Program-made: the position numbers and the translations under genes
Sequence record: OR142618.1
Direction: 5' to 3' (one strand)
Length of the DNA: 64,000 bases
In this document: piece by piece, positions 55,932-64,000 of the stretch
How positions within the stretch are numbered: the first letter of the stretch is position 1
Layout of the letters: the number at the start of each line of letters is the position of its first letter
Notes under the pieces: generated by a model
Told to the model about the DNA's origin: nothing
The model's database searches: none
What the model saw: the letters and a program-made list of their open reading frames with translations, nothing else

Positions 55932-58616
55932 ATGGCTATTAAAAATTTTAGCATAAGTGGCATCGGACGCGATGTCCAGCTAGGCAAAAAAGGCGGCCGC
56001 CTCTCTTTTACAAGCGGTGTATTTGCATTCACTAGTGACCTGGGCGGTACTAACTATGCACCTGTTATAGGCGGAACACCCCTACAACCAGAACATTTAG
56101 CAACTAAAGCATATGTAGATTCTATAAGCGGCGGAATAAAACCACTTCAAAGTGTTTCAGTTTCTACACAACAGTCATATACTGTAGATGGTAATAATAC
56201 TAATCCGGGAACAGGTGCAACTTGGGCTGCCGGTGTATTTAGTGATTTCCCCAGAACAGTAGACGGACATGTACTGGAAATGGGAAGTCGTGTTTTAGTT
56301 AGACTAGAAGGTATAACTATAACAGGTGACACACCTACTGTCAACGATGCTGGCGCAGCTAGAAACGGTATTTATATTGTTACTAACGTAGACACGGAAA
56401 ACAATACAGTTACATTAGACAGGGCACCAGATTCGGACGAAGATAATGAGTTTATATTTGGCTCATATGTTCTTGTAGAAAACGGTACTTCTGCAGGTGA
56501 CGGTTATACTTTAACTGCACAATACGGTGGTTCAGAAGTTACTCCTCCTAACCAGATGAACGTTGATCCGCAATTCTGGGTAAAATACACTTCTGCAGGT
56601 GCAACATATACTGCCGGCGCCGGCCTAGCGTTGTCGGATAACGAATTTTCGTTAAGTATTCCTACTTTATCGGATTTTACAGGCACTGCTGCTGATACAT
56701 TATCTCTAGCAGTATCTAACGGTACAACTAATAATAAATTAACAGTAAATAAATTATTTACTGATTTAGGAGTTGTTACTGCGTTAGGACAAACCGATGG
56801 TGTTATAGTAAAATCTGGTTCTAGCTATGTAAGCAGAACTATAGTTGCAGATACTACTGGCAATAAACTAGGTATTGCTGTATCTAATACAGACGGTTCT
56901 GCAGGAAATATAACAGTAGGGTTAGATGTAAACGGATTGACTGCCGTTTCCTCTGCACTAAACGATACTGATGTCCTCCCAATATACGATGGAACTAGTA
57001 ATAAAAAGGTTTCTATAAGCCAATTAGCTGCCGAATTTACATCTGGTTTTTCTTCTAATAGTATTTCTCAATTAGATAGTTCTGTTGTAGTAACAGACAC
57101 AGGATCTAACGGTACAATTACCTTTACTGCTGATAATACTGCTGTTGCTACTATTACTTCTGCAGGTCTTACTTCGTCTAATTTAACTGCAAGTAACTTA
57201 ACTAGCGGAAGAATAGTACTGGCAGGAACTTCCGGTCATTTAGAAGATAACTCTGCTCTTACTTTTTCTGCAGGTATACTGAATGTAGGATCACTGACTG
57301 TAGATAGTGCTACTAGTACAATTTCTACAACAGAAACAAACGGAAATATAATTATTGCGCCAAACGGTACAGGCGAAGTAGTAATACAAGGCAATGGTAA
57401 TGCAGAAATAAGTGCAGAACTAGGTGAACAACTAAGTCTACGCGGTGACGGTGTTATTATAGGAAACACTGCAAACACAGTAGACTATATTACTGCAACA
57501 GAAACTAATACTATATTCTATTCTACATTAGCAAATAATATAGCCATTGCCGGTGCCGCGGCGAGTTCAAACCCGTCTATTACTGCATTAGGTTCAGATA
57601 CAAACTTAGGTCTAAACTTAGGAGTAAAAGGCACAGGAAAAATTGTTGTTACTGGCGTAACAGCATCTGCATATTCTTCTGGCTTAACTGACGAATCGTT
57701 AGTTAACAAACTATATGTAGATACTGCTGTTTCGGGTGCTTCTGGCAACATAACAGCACTACAAACAGAAGTAAATGCCATAGAAACTTCCGTAGGATTG
57801 AATACAGACGGAACTCTTTCTGCATATACCGGAACAAACTATTTAGACTCTGCAACTAGTATAAGACAGGCTACTACTTTACTTGACGCACAAGTAAAAA
57901 CTAATGCAGACGATATATTAGATAAAGCAGATCAAACAGAAGTAGATGCCATAGAGACTGCTGTTGGCTTAGGAACAGATGGCACACTAGCACCTTATAC
58001 TGGAACAAATTATTTAAATTCTGCAACTAGTATAAAACAAGCAACTATTTTGCTAGATACACAAATAAAGTCCAACGAAGACGATATAGCACTAAAAGCC
58101 AACCAAACAGAAGTAGATGCTATAGAAACAGGCGCAGGACTCAATACAGACGGTACTTATACTGCCGATGCAACTACTAACTATATAACTACTGCTACAA
58201 GTTTAGCTAATGCAGACAAGTTATTAGATGCACAGATTAAAATTAATACCGATGCTATTGCACAACTAGGTTCTGCTGCAGGTTCGGTTCGTACTGTAAC
58301 ATTAGAAAATATTCCATTTGATACTGATAGTTCGACTCCTATAATAGAAGGCACCGATCTACCTGCAAACGGCATTATTATCAATAGTATAATATTTAAA
58401 GTAAATACTGCTGCTGATACTGCTGCCTGGGCTACTGTAACTCATAACTCAGTTACACTAGCATCAGACACAACTAATGATCCGGAGGTAGCTGGATTAT
58501 ATCAAGTGGACGTGTTCTCTAATTCGGTCGCCGGACAAGATATTACTCTAACTATAGCTGCACATGGCGCAAGTACAGGTACTGTTACTGTATTACTCCA
58601 ATATACAATTCTATAA
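55932..58616 (+). CDS. Tail fibre / virion structural protein
   Basis: HLATKAYVD, GA.RNGIY, LVNK.YVD fibre motifs; three 57-aa repeats. Confidence 0.7.
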   Translation: MAIKNFSISGIGRDVQLGKKGGRLSFTSGVFAFTSDLGGTNYAPVIGGTPLQPEHLATKAYVDSISGGIKPLQSVSVSTQQSYTVDGNNTNPGTGATWAAGVFSDFPRTVDGHVLEMGSRVLVRLEGITITGDTPTVNDAGAARNGIYIVTNVDTENNTVTLDRAPDSDEDNEFIFGSYVLVENGTSAGDGYTLTAQYGGSEVTPPNQMNVDPQFWVKYTSAGATYTAGAGLALSDNEFSLSIPTLSDFTGTAADTLSLAVSNGTTNNKLTVNKLFTDLGVVTALGQTDGVIVKSGSSYVSRTIVADTTGNKLGIAVSNTDGSAGNITVGLDVNGLTAVSSALNDTDVLPIYDGTSNKKVSISQLAAEFTSGFSSNSISQLDSSVVVTDTGSNGTITFTADNTAVATITSAGLTSSNLTASNLTSGRIVLAGTSGHLEDNSALTFSAGILNVGSLTVDSATSTISTTETNGNIIIAPNGTGEVVIQGNGNAEISAELGEQLSLRGDGVIIGNTANTVDYITATETNTIFYSTLANNIAIAGAAASSNPSITALGSDTNLGLNLGVKGTGKIVVTGVTASAYSSGLTDESLVNKLYVDTAVSGASGNITALQTEVNAIETSVGLNTDGTLSAYTGTNYLDSATSIRQATTLLDAQVKTNADDILDKADQTEVDAIETAVGLGTDGTLAPYTGTNYLNSATSIKQATILLDTQIKSNEDDIALKANQTEVDAIETGAGLNTDGTYTADATTNYITTATSLANADKLLDAQIKINTDAIAQLGSAAGSVRTVTLENIPFDTDSSTPIIEGTDLPANGIIINSIIFKVNTAADTAAWATVTHNSVTLASDTTNDPEVAGLYQVDVFSNSVAGQDITLTIAAHGASTGTVTVLLQYTIL
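57762..58250 (+). repeat. Three tandem 171-bp (57-aa) coding repeats
   Basis: CAAACAGAAGTA at 57762, 57933, 58104; QTEV.AIET..GL.TDGT..TNY..AT....LLD.Q.K.N. Confidence 0.85.
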
Positions 58617-58628
58617 GTTGTTTTAAAT

Positions 58629-58658
58629 TAAATAAAGGGCCCTAGGGCCCTTTATTTA
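58629..58658. terminator. Perfect 30-bp palindrome terminator
   Basis: TAAATAAAGGGCCCTAGGGCCCTTTATTTA. Confidence 0.85.
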
Positions 58659-58790
58659 TGTATAAACAGAGCAGATCACAAAACACAATAAACTCATAAA
58701 TACTTTCGTATAGTAAAATACTATGCACAGGAGTTCCTGCTCGGAGTAGAGGCTCCAGAGCATGGGGTTCTTTCGTGAGGAAACAAAAAA

Positions 58791-59117
58791 ATGTCAGAGA
58801 ACACTAAACCCCTAACTTCGGACAAAATGCTTAATTGGAAACCGCTGGCGGCATTAGTCTATTTGTTTATCTGCGTTATGGATTTTGTTGTTATGCCGGT
58901 CCTAGTCCATCAATACAACAAAGAAATGTTATCTAAAATTTCTAACTTATCTGAGCAAAATCTTGTTTTAGAAAAAACAGAAGTTTTAAAATTACAGAAA
59001 TGGGAACCATTAACATTACAAAACGCAGGGTTGTTTCATATTGCATTTGGCACTATAATAACAGGTGCAGCAGTGTTTGGCGAAATTAGACAACGTACCA
59101 AATCATCTGGCTCTTAA
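58791..59117 (+). CDS. Putative holin (3TM/GTA-holin-like)
   Basis: W.PLAALVYLFICVMDFVV.P...W.PLTLQ.AGLFHIAFG.I; TAAATA at 58697. Confidence 0.6.
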   Translation: MSENTKPLTSDKMLNWKPLAALVYLFICVMDFVVMPVLVHQYNKEMLSKISNLSEQNLVLEKTEVLKLQKWEPLTLQNAGLFHIAFGTIITGAAVFGEIRQRTKSSGS

Positions 59118-59326
59118 AATGAATAATACATACACAGTTTTAACCATTCGGGGTTTTGGTAGAACTTAAATAGAATACCCAAGCCCAGACCAGGCTTAAG
59201 TATTTTTTTAATTAATAGCTGACAGTCACACATAACATTGTATCACATATAGCTACTTGGTGCAAGAATACAAGTCGGAATTTGTTAGCTGACCCAAACG
59301 GGTCAGCTCTTTGATTGGATTAGACA

Positions 59327-59899
59327 ATGAGCATACTTACTTCTATATTAAATAATACTTTAAATTCAGTAGTGTTTGTTTATGGTAGAATGAATCCCCC
59401 TACAATAGGGCACGGAAAAGTTATATCAGAAATGCTAAAGATAGCAAAAGAATATAATGCTGCGCATTGTGTGTTTTTGTCTCATTCTTCTGGAAATAAA
59501 AAAAATCCATTACTTTGGGAAGAAAAAGTATCATATATGAAAATGTTTTTTCCTGGGGTAAATATTAACGAATCTAAAATAAATAATCCATTTTCTGCAT
59601 TAGATTTACTTTCGAAAAAATATAAACACGTAACCTTTATTGCAGGAAGTGATAGATTAGAAGATTACAAAAGAAATATGCCTGCATATGCAAAAAGTAT
59701 AGGCATAGAATTAGATATAATATCGTCTGGTAATAGACTAGAAGAGAGTACTTCTATAGAAGGTGTAAGTGCGTCTAAAGCAAGAAAATTAGTCTTAGAA
59801 AACAATTTTGAACTATTTTCTGAATTAATACCATCTGACGATATTGCAGAAAAAAGAAATTTATTTTTGCTGCTTCAAACTAGATTAATGGATAATTAA
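59327..59899 (+). CDS. HIGH-superfamily nucleotidyltransferase (cytidyltransferase-like)
   Basis: GRMNPPTIGH, KNPL, AGSDR, VSASKAR. Confidence 0.8.
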   Translation: MSILTSILNNTLNSVVFVYGRMNPPTIGHGKVISEMLKIAKEYNAAHCVFLSHSSGNKKNPLLWEEKVSYMKMFFPGVNINESKINNPFSALDLLSKKYKHVTFIAGSDRLEDYKRNMPAYAKSIGIELDIISSGNRLEESTSIEGVSASKARKLVLENNFELFSELIPSDDIAEKRNLFLLLQTRLMDN

Positions 59900-59901
59900 A
59901 T

Positions 59902-60849
59902 ATGTTGAAAATAAAAGGAAGTCCATCCGTAGGCAAAATATCAGCAACAATTAATAGACCGTTTTTAACTAAAACCTTAGTTACTACGATGCCACAAAAC
60001 ATTGCAAATTTTACTGCAGGGTATGGTGGCGGAATGTTGCATATATTCGGGGGAGAAGCTGTTCCTAGTGTAGGCCAAATACAAATATATAGACGATACA
60101 ATATAGCAACTAATACTTGGTTAAGTCCTAGCGGAAACATAGGAGCCTGGGCATGGGGAGGAGGCGGCTATTACAATGGAAGTTTTTGGGCGCTGTGTGG
60201 CTCTAACAATGGATATAATACTTCGTATTTTCAGATAAACCCTTCCACTGCAACAGGTACACGATATACAGATATGGCCGGCGGTTCTAGAGGACAAGGA
60301 AGAACCGCATCAGTAGATAATCTAAACGTATTTGTTATAGGAGGTATTGGGCAAAATAATATAACAAATGCATTGTGTTATAGATTTAATGCTAGTACAA
60401 GAGCATGGACAGTAAGAACAAGTATGCCATCGCCAAGAAATGGTCATACCATAGGATCGTATAACGGGAAAATATATGTACTAGGTGGCTGGAACGAAAC
60501 ATCAAACAATCTTTCAGACGTTCTAGAATACAACATATCTACTAATACGTGGACAACTTTACCTACTACAATTCCGGGAGCACCTTCTAGCTGGTTTGGT
60601 GGGTTTGTATATAAACAATATGCTGTATACGGCGCGTCATCTTCTTCTAATACGCTTTTATTTAAAATATTAGATTTAAATAAAATGACATGGGAAATTT
60701 TAGATACCGGGTTGCCTCGCCGGTGGTCAGCAGAATATGTAGTTACAGAAACCGGTGTATATATGATAGGCGGTAGTAGTTCTTATCCCGGCGCTGCCAA
60801 CTATTTTACTGCCCCCAGATATAACGAAATATATTTCTTTAAAGGTTAA
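59902..60849 (+). CDS. Kelch-repeat beta-propeller protein
   Basis: Repeated hhGG...Y.....W units (HIFGG, FVIGG, YVLGG, YMIGG; YNIATNTW, FNASTRAW, YNISTNTW). Confidence 0.85.
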   Translation: MLKIKGSPSVGKISATINRPFLTKTLVTTMPQNIANFTAGYGGGMLHIFGGEAVPSVGQIQIYRRYNIATNTWLSPSGNIGAWAWGGGGYYNGSFWALCGSNNGYNTSYFQINPSTATGTRYTDMAGGSRGQGRTASVDNLNVFVIGGIGQNNITNALCYRFNASTRAWTVRTSMPSPRNGHTIGSYNGKIYVLGGWNETSNNLSDVLEYNISTNTWTTLPTTIPGAPSSWFGGFVYKQYAVYGASSSSNTLLFKILDLNKMTWEILDTGLPRRWSAEYVVTETGVYMIGGSSSYPGAANYFTAPRYNEIYFFKG

Positions 60850-60851
60850 AC

Positions 60852-62762
60852 ATGAAATTAGGAAAATTTAATCATAACGGAAATTTACATATAAAATATA
60901 GACCGGCGCCGTTAGTCGATGTAGGTCCTGTCCTACAATATAAATTTCTAGCAAATGAACCATTAGACGAAGCAACAGAATCGATGTCAATTTCGTCTGG
61001 CACAGTTTCTATACAAAATAGTTCGATGTATACTTCTGGCAGCACAGTAAACAATTATTTCTATAGAAAATTACCTAGTATACTTAAAAATACCAAATTT
61101 ACAATAGAACTGACAATAAGGTCAGAAGGCGAAATTCCGTCTACTAGTAATATAATAGGTACATGGAATCCATCTAACGAATTTTGGTTGTTATCTGTAA
61201 TTAACAACAATTTAGTATTTCAGTGGAATAATGGAACTGCCACTACCGGTACTAGACAAGTATTTACATTTAGTAATGTACAAGTACCTTCAGACCAAGA
61301 CGTTCATTTAGCCGTATGTAGAGATGACACTATGTTATATGGATTTGTAAATGGACAACTAGCAGGTTCATTTGAAGTGTCATTTGCAGGACATACTAAT
61401 GTTGTATCGGGGTCTATATTCTCTACAAGAAGCATGGCCACCACAAATAACTATTTTAATGGATATAGAAAAAATATTAGAATAGTAAATGACAAGGCAT
61501 TATATGTTGCACCATTTACACTAGCTAGCGTAACTATGGCTGATGTAAAGCCAGACTACTATACCCCGGAAGATGCTAGCTTAGTAGTAGGTCAAATAAC
61601 ATGTAAACGAAATTCATTGTTCCAAGAAACTATGAATACTCCTACTTTACTACTTACAGGTTTATCTAATTCTACAACAGGACGATTTGTAACAACTACT
61701 AATAATACTTCTGGCTTCCAATTTTCTCCTGTAACAAATTGGCAATCGGGTGATTACACAATAGAATTATATATAAACTTATCTACAGTAGGCGCCGGTG
61801 GTGCCATACTAATAGGCCAATGGACATCTTCGGGTGGCACTGACATCGGATGGTCTATCTCTATGCAACAAAATGGAAGCGTCAGACATTTCTATTCCAC
61901 CGACGGATTATACGACCAAGCAAACGGTAATTCCGGAGTATTGCAAGCACCCAATGGTACTTTGGTATTAAACAAAGATACCCATGTATGTGCAATGCGG
62001 AAAAATGGGGTAATAGGATTATTTGTAGATGGTGTTAGACTAGCCCAGGTAAACGAGGCAAGGCCACTATGGAATAGTCAAATACCTATTAGAAACACAT
62101 GGACTGCGCCAGCAGATGGTTATGCATTAGCAGAACGCTGGAATATAAGATGTATTTCTAAAGCAATGTATGATATAAACGGTTTCGTTCCACCGGTTCG
62201 TTTACCTACATTTCCCAATTTATTAACAAATACAGGTAGTTATTCGCGCTCTGTATTGTCTGGCACAACTACTACAGCAGATGTTATGGGAAATATTATA
62301 CAATTTAATTCCTCCGGACAAACATCCGGCGGCGGCTACCAAAAATATTTTATATATGGTTCTAAAAAAGTAGAAATAATAGGAAATACCATATCTTCAG
62401 ATTCAACACAACAAATGAGATATGGTTTAACAAACACAACTCCTACCACATTTGCAGAGTCAGAATCTGATTTTAATTCCGGTACATTCCCATATGCGTA
62501 TGCCGATAGAATTAACAGTGTCATTCAAATAGTTAAACAAGGTAGTGTTATAGGTAGTTTGCCTCATTCTACTGCCAACCACACCTTTAAAATAACGTAT
62601 GATTTCGAAAATAATCAGTTTACTTATGCAGTTACTTCTGGCACTGCACAAGGACAATCTGTTACTACAAGTCTAGATTCTACAATAACACAGAATACTA
62701 AGTTTGCAGTATGTGGGTCCAAATCTAATATACAAATAACTTCTGTAAAAATACAACAATAA
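60852..62762 (+). CDS. LamG/concanavalin-A-like lectin domain protein (two LamG-like domains)
   Basis: FTIE...HLAVCR....GFVNG...FNGY...IRI and YTIE...HVCAMRKNG...LFVDG. Confidence 0.75.
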   Translation: MKLGKFNHNGNLHIKYRPAPLVDVGPVLQYKFLANEPLDEATESMSISSGTVSIQNSSMYTSGSTVNNYFYRKLPSILKNTKFTIELTIRSEGEIPSTSNIIGTWNPSNEFWLLSVINNNLVFQWNNGTATTGTRQVFTFSNVQVPSDQDVHLAVCRDDTMLYGFVNGQLAGSFEVSFAGHTNVVSGSIFSTRSMATTNNYFNGYRKNIRIVNDKALYVAPFTLASVTMADVKPDYYTPEDASLVVGQITCKRNSLFQETMNTPTLLLTGLSNSTTGRFVTTTNNTSGFQFSPVTNWQSGDYTIELYINLSTVGAGGAILIGQWTSSGGTDIGWSISMQQNGSVRHFYSTDGLYDQANGNSGVLQAPNGTLVLNKDTHVCAMRKNGVIGLFVDGVRLAQVNEARPLWNSQIPIRNTWTAPADGYALAERWNIRCISKAMYDINGFVPPVRLPTFPNLLTNTGSYSRSVLSGTTTTADVMGNIIQFNSSGQTSGGGYQKYFIYGSKKVEIIGNTISSDSTQQMRYGLTNTTPTTFAESESDFNSGTFPYAYADRINSVIQIVKQGSVIGSLPHSTANHTFKITYDFENNQFTYAVTSGTAQGQSVTTSLDSTITQNTKFAVCGSKSNIQITSVKIQQ

Positions 62763-62787
62763 GTCCTTTAAATTAGGAAAAATTTCA

Positions 62788-62816
62788 TTGACTAACTCCG
62801 TTTACACTAGTATAAT
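62788..62816 (+). promoter_or_regulatory. sigma70 promoter
   Basis: TTGACT-17 nt-TATAAT. Confidence 0.85.
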
Positions 62817-62842
62817 ATATGCAATGTTTAACGGAGTTAACA

Positions 62843-63118
62843 ATGACTGACATTAATCCAAATTCTCGCCACTACTCTGCTGAAGACGTCCGGCGAATTA
62901 AACAGTTAGTTTCTGAAGGCATGCAAGTCATGCAAGAAATTGAAGATTTAAAAACTGGACTAGCAGAAACAGTTAAAGCAATTGCAGAAGAAGTAAATGT
63001 TAAGCCTTCCCAGCTTAATAAAGTTATTAAAATCGCACATAAACGTTCTTTAAACGAAGAACTAGATAAGATTAATGAAGTAGAAGAGATTCTAGACGCA
63101 ATTAAAGAAGGTCGTTAA
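62843..63118 (+). CDS. Small dsDNA-binding protein (T4 DsbA/GapR-like)
   Basis: GGAG RBS; R..QL..E......E..L....AE..KA.AEE..VKP..LNK..K.A.K. Confidence 0.55.
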   Translation: MTDINPNSRHYSAEDVRRIKQLVSEGMQVMQEIEDLKTGLAETVKAIAEEVNVKPSQLNKVIKIAHKRSLNEELDKINEVEEILDAIKEGR

Positions 63119-63130
63119 TATTTTCAAAAC

Positions 63131-63160
63131 AAGCCGTGCTTTTGCGCGGCTTTTTATTTT
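63131..63160 (+). terminator. Intrinsic terminator
   Basis: AAGCCGTGC-TTTT-GCGCGGCTT then T run. Confidence 0.75.
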
Positions 63161-63171
63161 GTAGGACAACT

Positions 63172-64000
63172 ATGTACATCGATATTTTCGAAGATAAAAA
63201 AAATGAAATACTTCTAGTTGCAGAACGATCTGCAGGCAAACGAATATACAAACAATACCCTATAGATCATACGTATTACATATTAGATGCAAACGGACCG
63301 TATAAGGATATATTCGGTAATAATGCTAAAGCCATTAAGCCATCTAGCATAAATGAAAAAATGACTCAAATGAAAATGCTAGATTTTTCGCAAACGTGCG
63401 AAATAGACGTCAGGCCAGAATTTAGATGCCTGGAAGTAAACTATAAGAATGCACCTATGCCAGATTTGCATGTTGCATTCTTCGATATCGAGACCGCGTT
63501 TGATCAAAAACGCGGTTATGCCGACCCAGCTGATCCTTTTAATCCCATTATATCAATATCTGTATATTTGCAATGGATGCAGCAAATGGTTTGCTTAGCA
63601 TTAGCACCAGAGACTATATTGCCAGAAGATGCACAACGCATAGCATCAGAAGTAGGCGAAACAATTATATGTAAAAATGAAAAAGAAATGCTAAGTATGT
63701 TTATTGACTTAGTAGAAGATGCAGACATTTTATCAGGTTGGAACTCAGAACGTTTCGATATTCCTTATACTTTTAACAGAATTGTAAAATTATTAGGTAA
63801 GAATGAACTAAGAAAATTATGCCTTTGGAATCTTATGCCCAAGAAGCGCAATATTGAACAAGAAGGCGGCAGTAGTTTTGTTACATTCGAAACATTTGGT
63901 AGAATACATTTAGATTATCTCCAATTGTATAAAAAATATAATTACGAAGAACGTCATAGTTACTCGTTAGATTCTATTTCGGAAATCGAACTAGGTGAAC
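63172..64000 (+). CDS. Family B DNA polymerase, N-terminal/exonuclease part (runs off window; absent from ORF track)
   Basis: ATG 63172 after AGGA; FFDIET (ExoI), GWNSERFDIPY (ExoII), HLDYLQLYKK..SYSLD. Confidence 0.92.
   Translation, partial: MYIDIFEDKKNEILLVAERSAGKRIYKQYPIDHTYYILDANGPYKDIFGNNAKAIKPSSINEKMTQMKMLDFSQTCEIDVRPEFRCLEVNYKNAPMPDLHVAFFDIETAFDQKRGYADPADPFNPIISISVYLQWMQQMVCLALAPETILPEDAQRIASEVGETIICKNEKEMLSMFIDLVEDADILSGWNSERFDIPYTFNRIVKLLGKNELRKLCLWNLMPKKRNIEQEGGSSFVTFETFGRIHLDYLQLYKKYNYEERHSYSLDSISEIELGE

Noticed and set aside
59897-59902. TAAATA as a late promoter for the Kelch gene
   Set aside because: It overlaps the stop/start junction (TAA-AT-ATG), so it is likely coincidental
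2193-62657. Dozens of minus-strand ORFs nested in long plus-strand genes (e.g. 5293-5739, 21030-21476, 36522-36953, 40573-41085, 53383-53814)
   Set aside because: They are antisense shadows of well-supported genes, with no RBS or motifs; the longer ones fall in GC-richer or repetitive coding DNA
1-64000. tRNA, tmRNA or rRNA genes
   Set aside because: No convincing T-loop GTTCRA within a cloverleaf found by eye in intergenic gaps; tRNAscan/ARAGORN would be decisive
1-64000. Alternative genetic code (stop reassignment)
   Set aside because: Conserved enzymes are full length in code 11, and TAG is used as a genuine stop (404, 843)

Overview
AT-rich (roughly 30-35% GC by eye), gene-dense, almost entirely plus-strand segment of a large T4-related jumbo myophage. 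The gene content resembles RaK2/GAP32/Atu_ph07/XacN1-type phages (tentative, from recall, not a search), and the host is probably proteobacterial. From left to right: putative head/prohead-core genes; PD-(D/E)XK exonuclease; class Ia RNR (nrdAB); a PAAR-M15 peptidase fusion; metallophosphoesterase, SLOG and thyA; folE with two QueD-like genes; a stress/proteostasis block (clpX, ribosomal protein bS21, Hsp20, clpS, Fe/Mn SOD, GcrA-like, YccA/BI-1-like, ftsH); ATP-dependent ligase; DEDDh exonuclease; clpP; many small accessory ORFs; dCMP deaminase; MazG-like; a stand-alone DnaE fragment; GroES; clamp loader; HAD phosphatase; phoH; J-domain protein; clpA; a ~16 kb tail-fibre/virion block; holin; nucleotidyltransferase; Kelch and LamG proteins; DsbA-like; and the start of a family B DNA polymerase. 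Two promoter classes are visible (sigma70 consensus and T4-like late TAAATA), plus many intrinsic terminators. No tRNA, CRISPR array, integrase or transposase was seen. The strongest candidate systems are (1) a near-complete phage-encoded protein quality-control network, (2) a branched receptor-binding system with a shared MSNLND(Y/F)FG docking peptide, (3) putative capsid-targeting propeptides, including one on SOD, and (4) structured RNA leaders on hsp20, folE, the holin and the nucleotidyltransferase. All family calls are motif recognition by eye; no database search was run.
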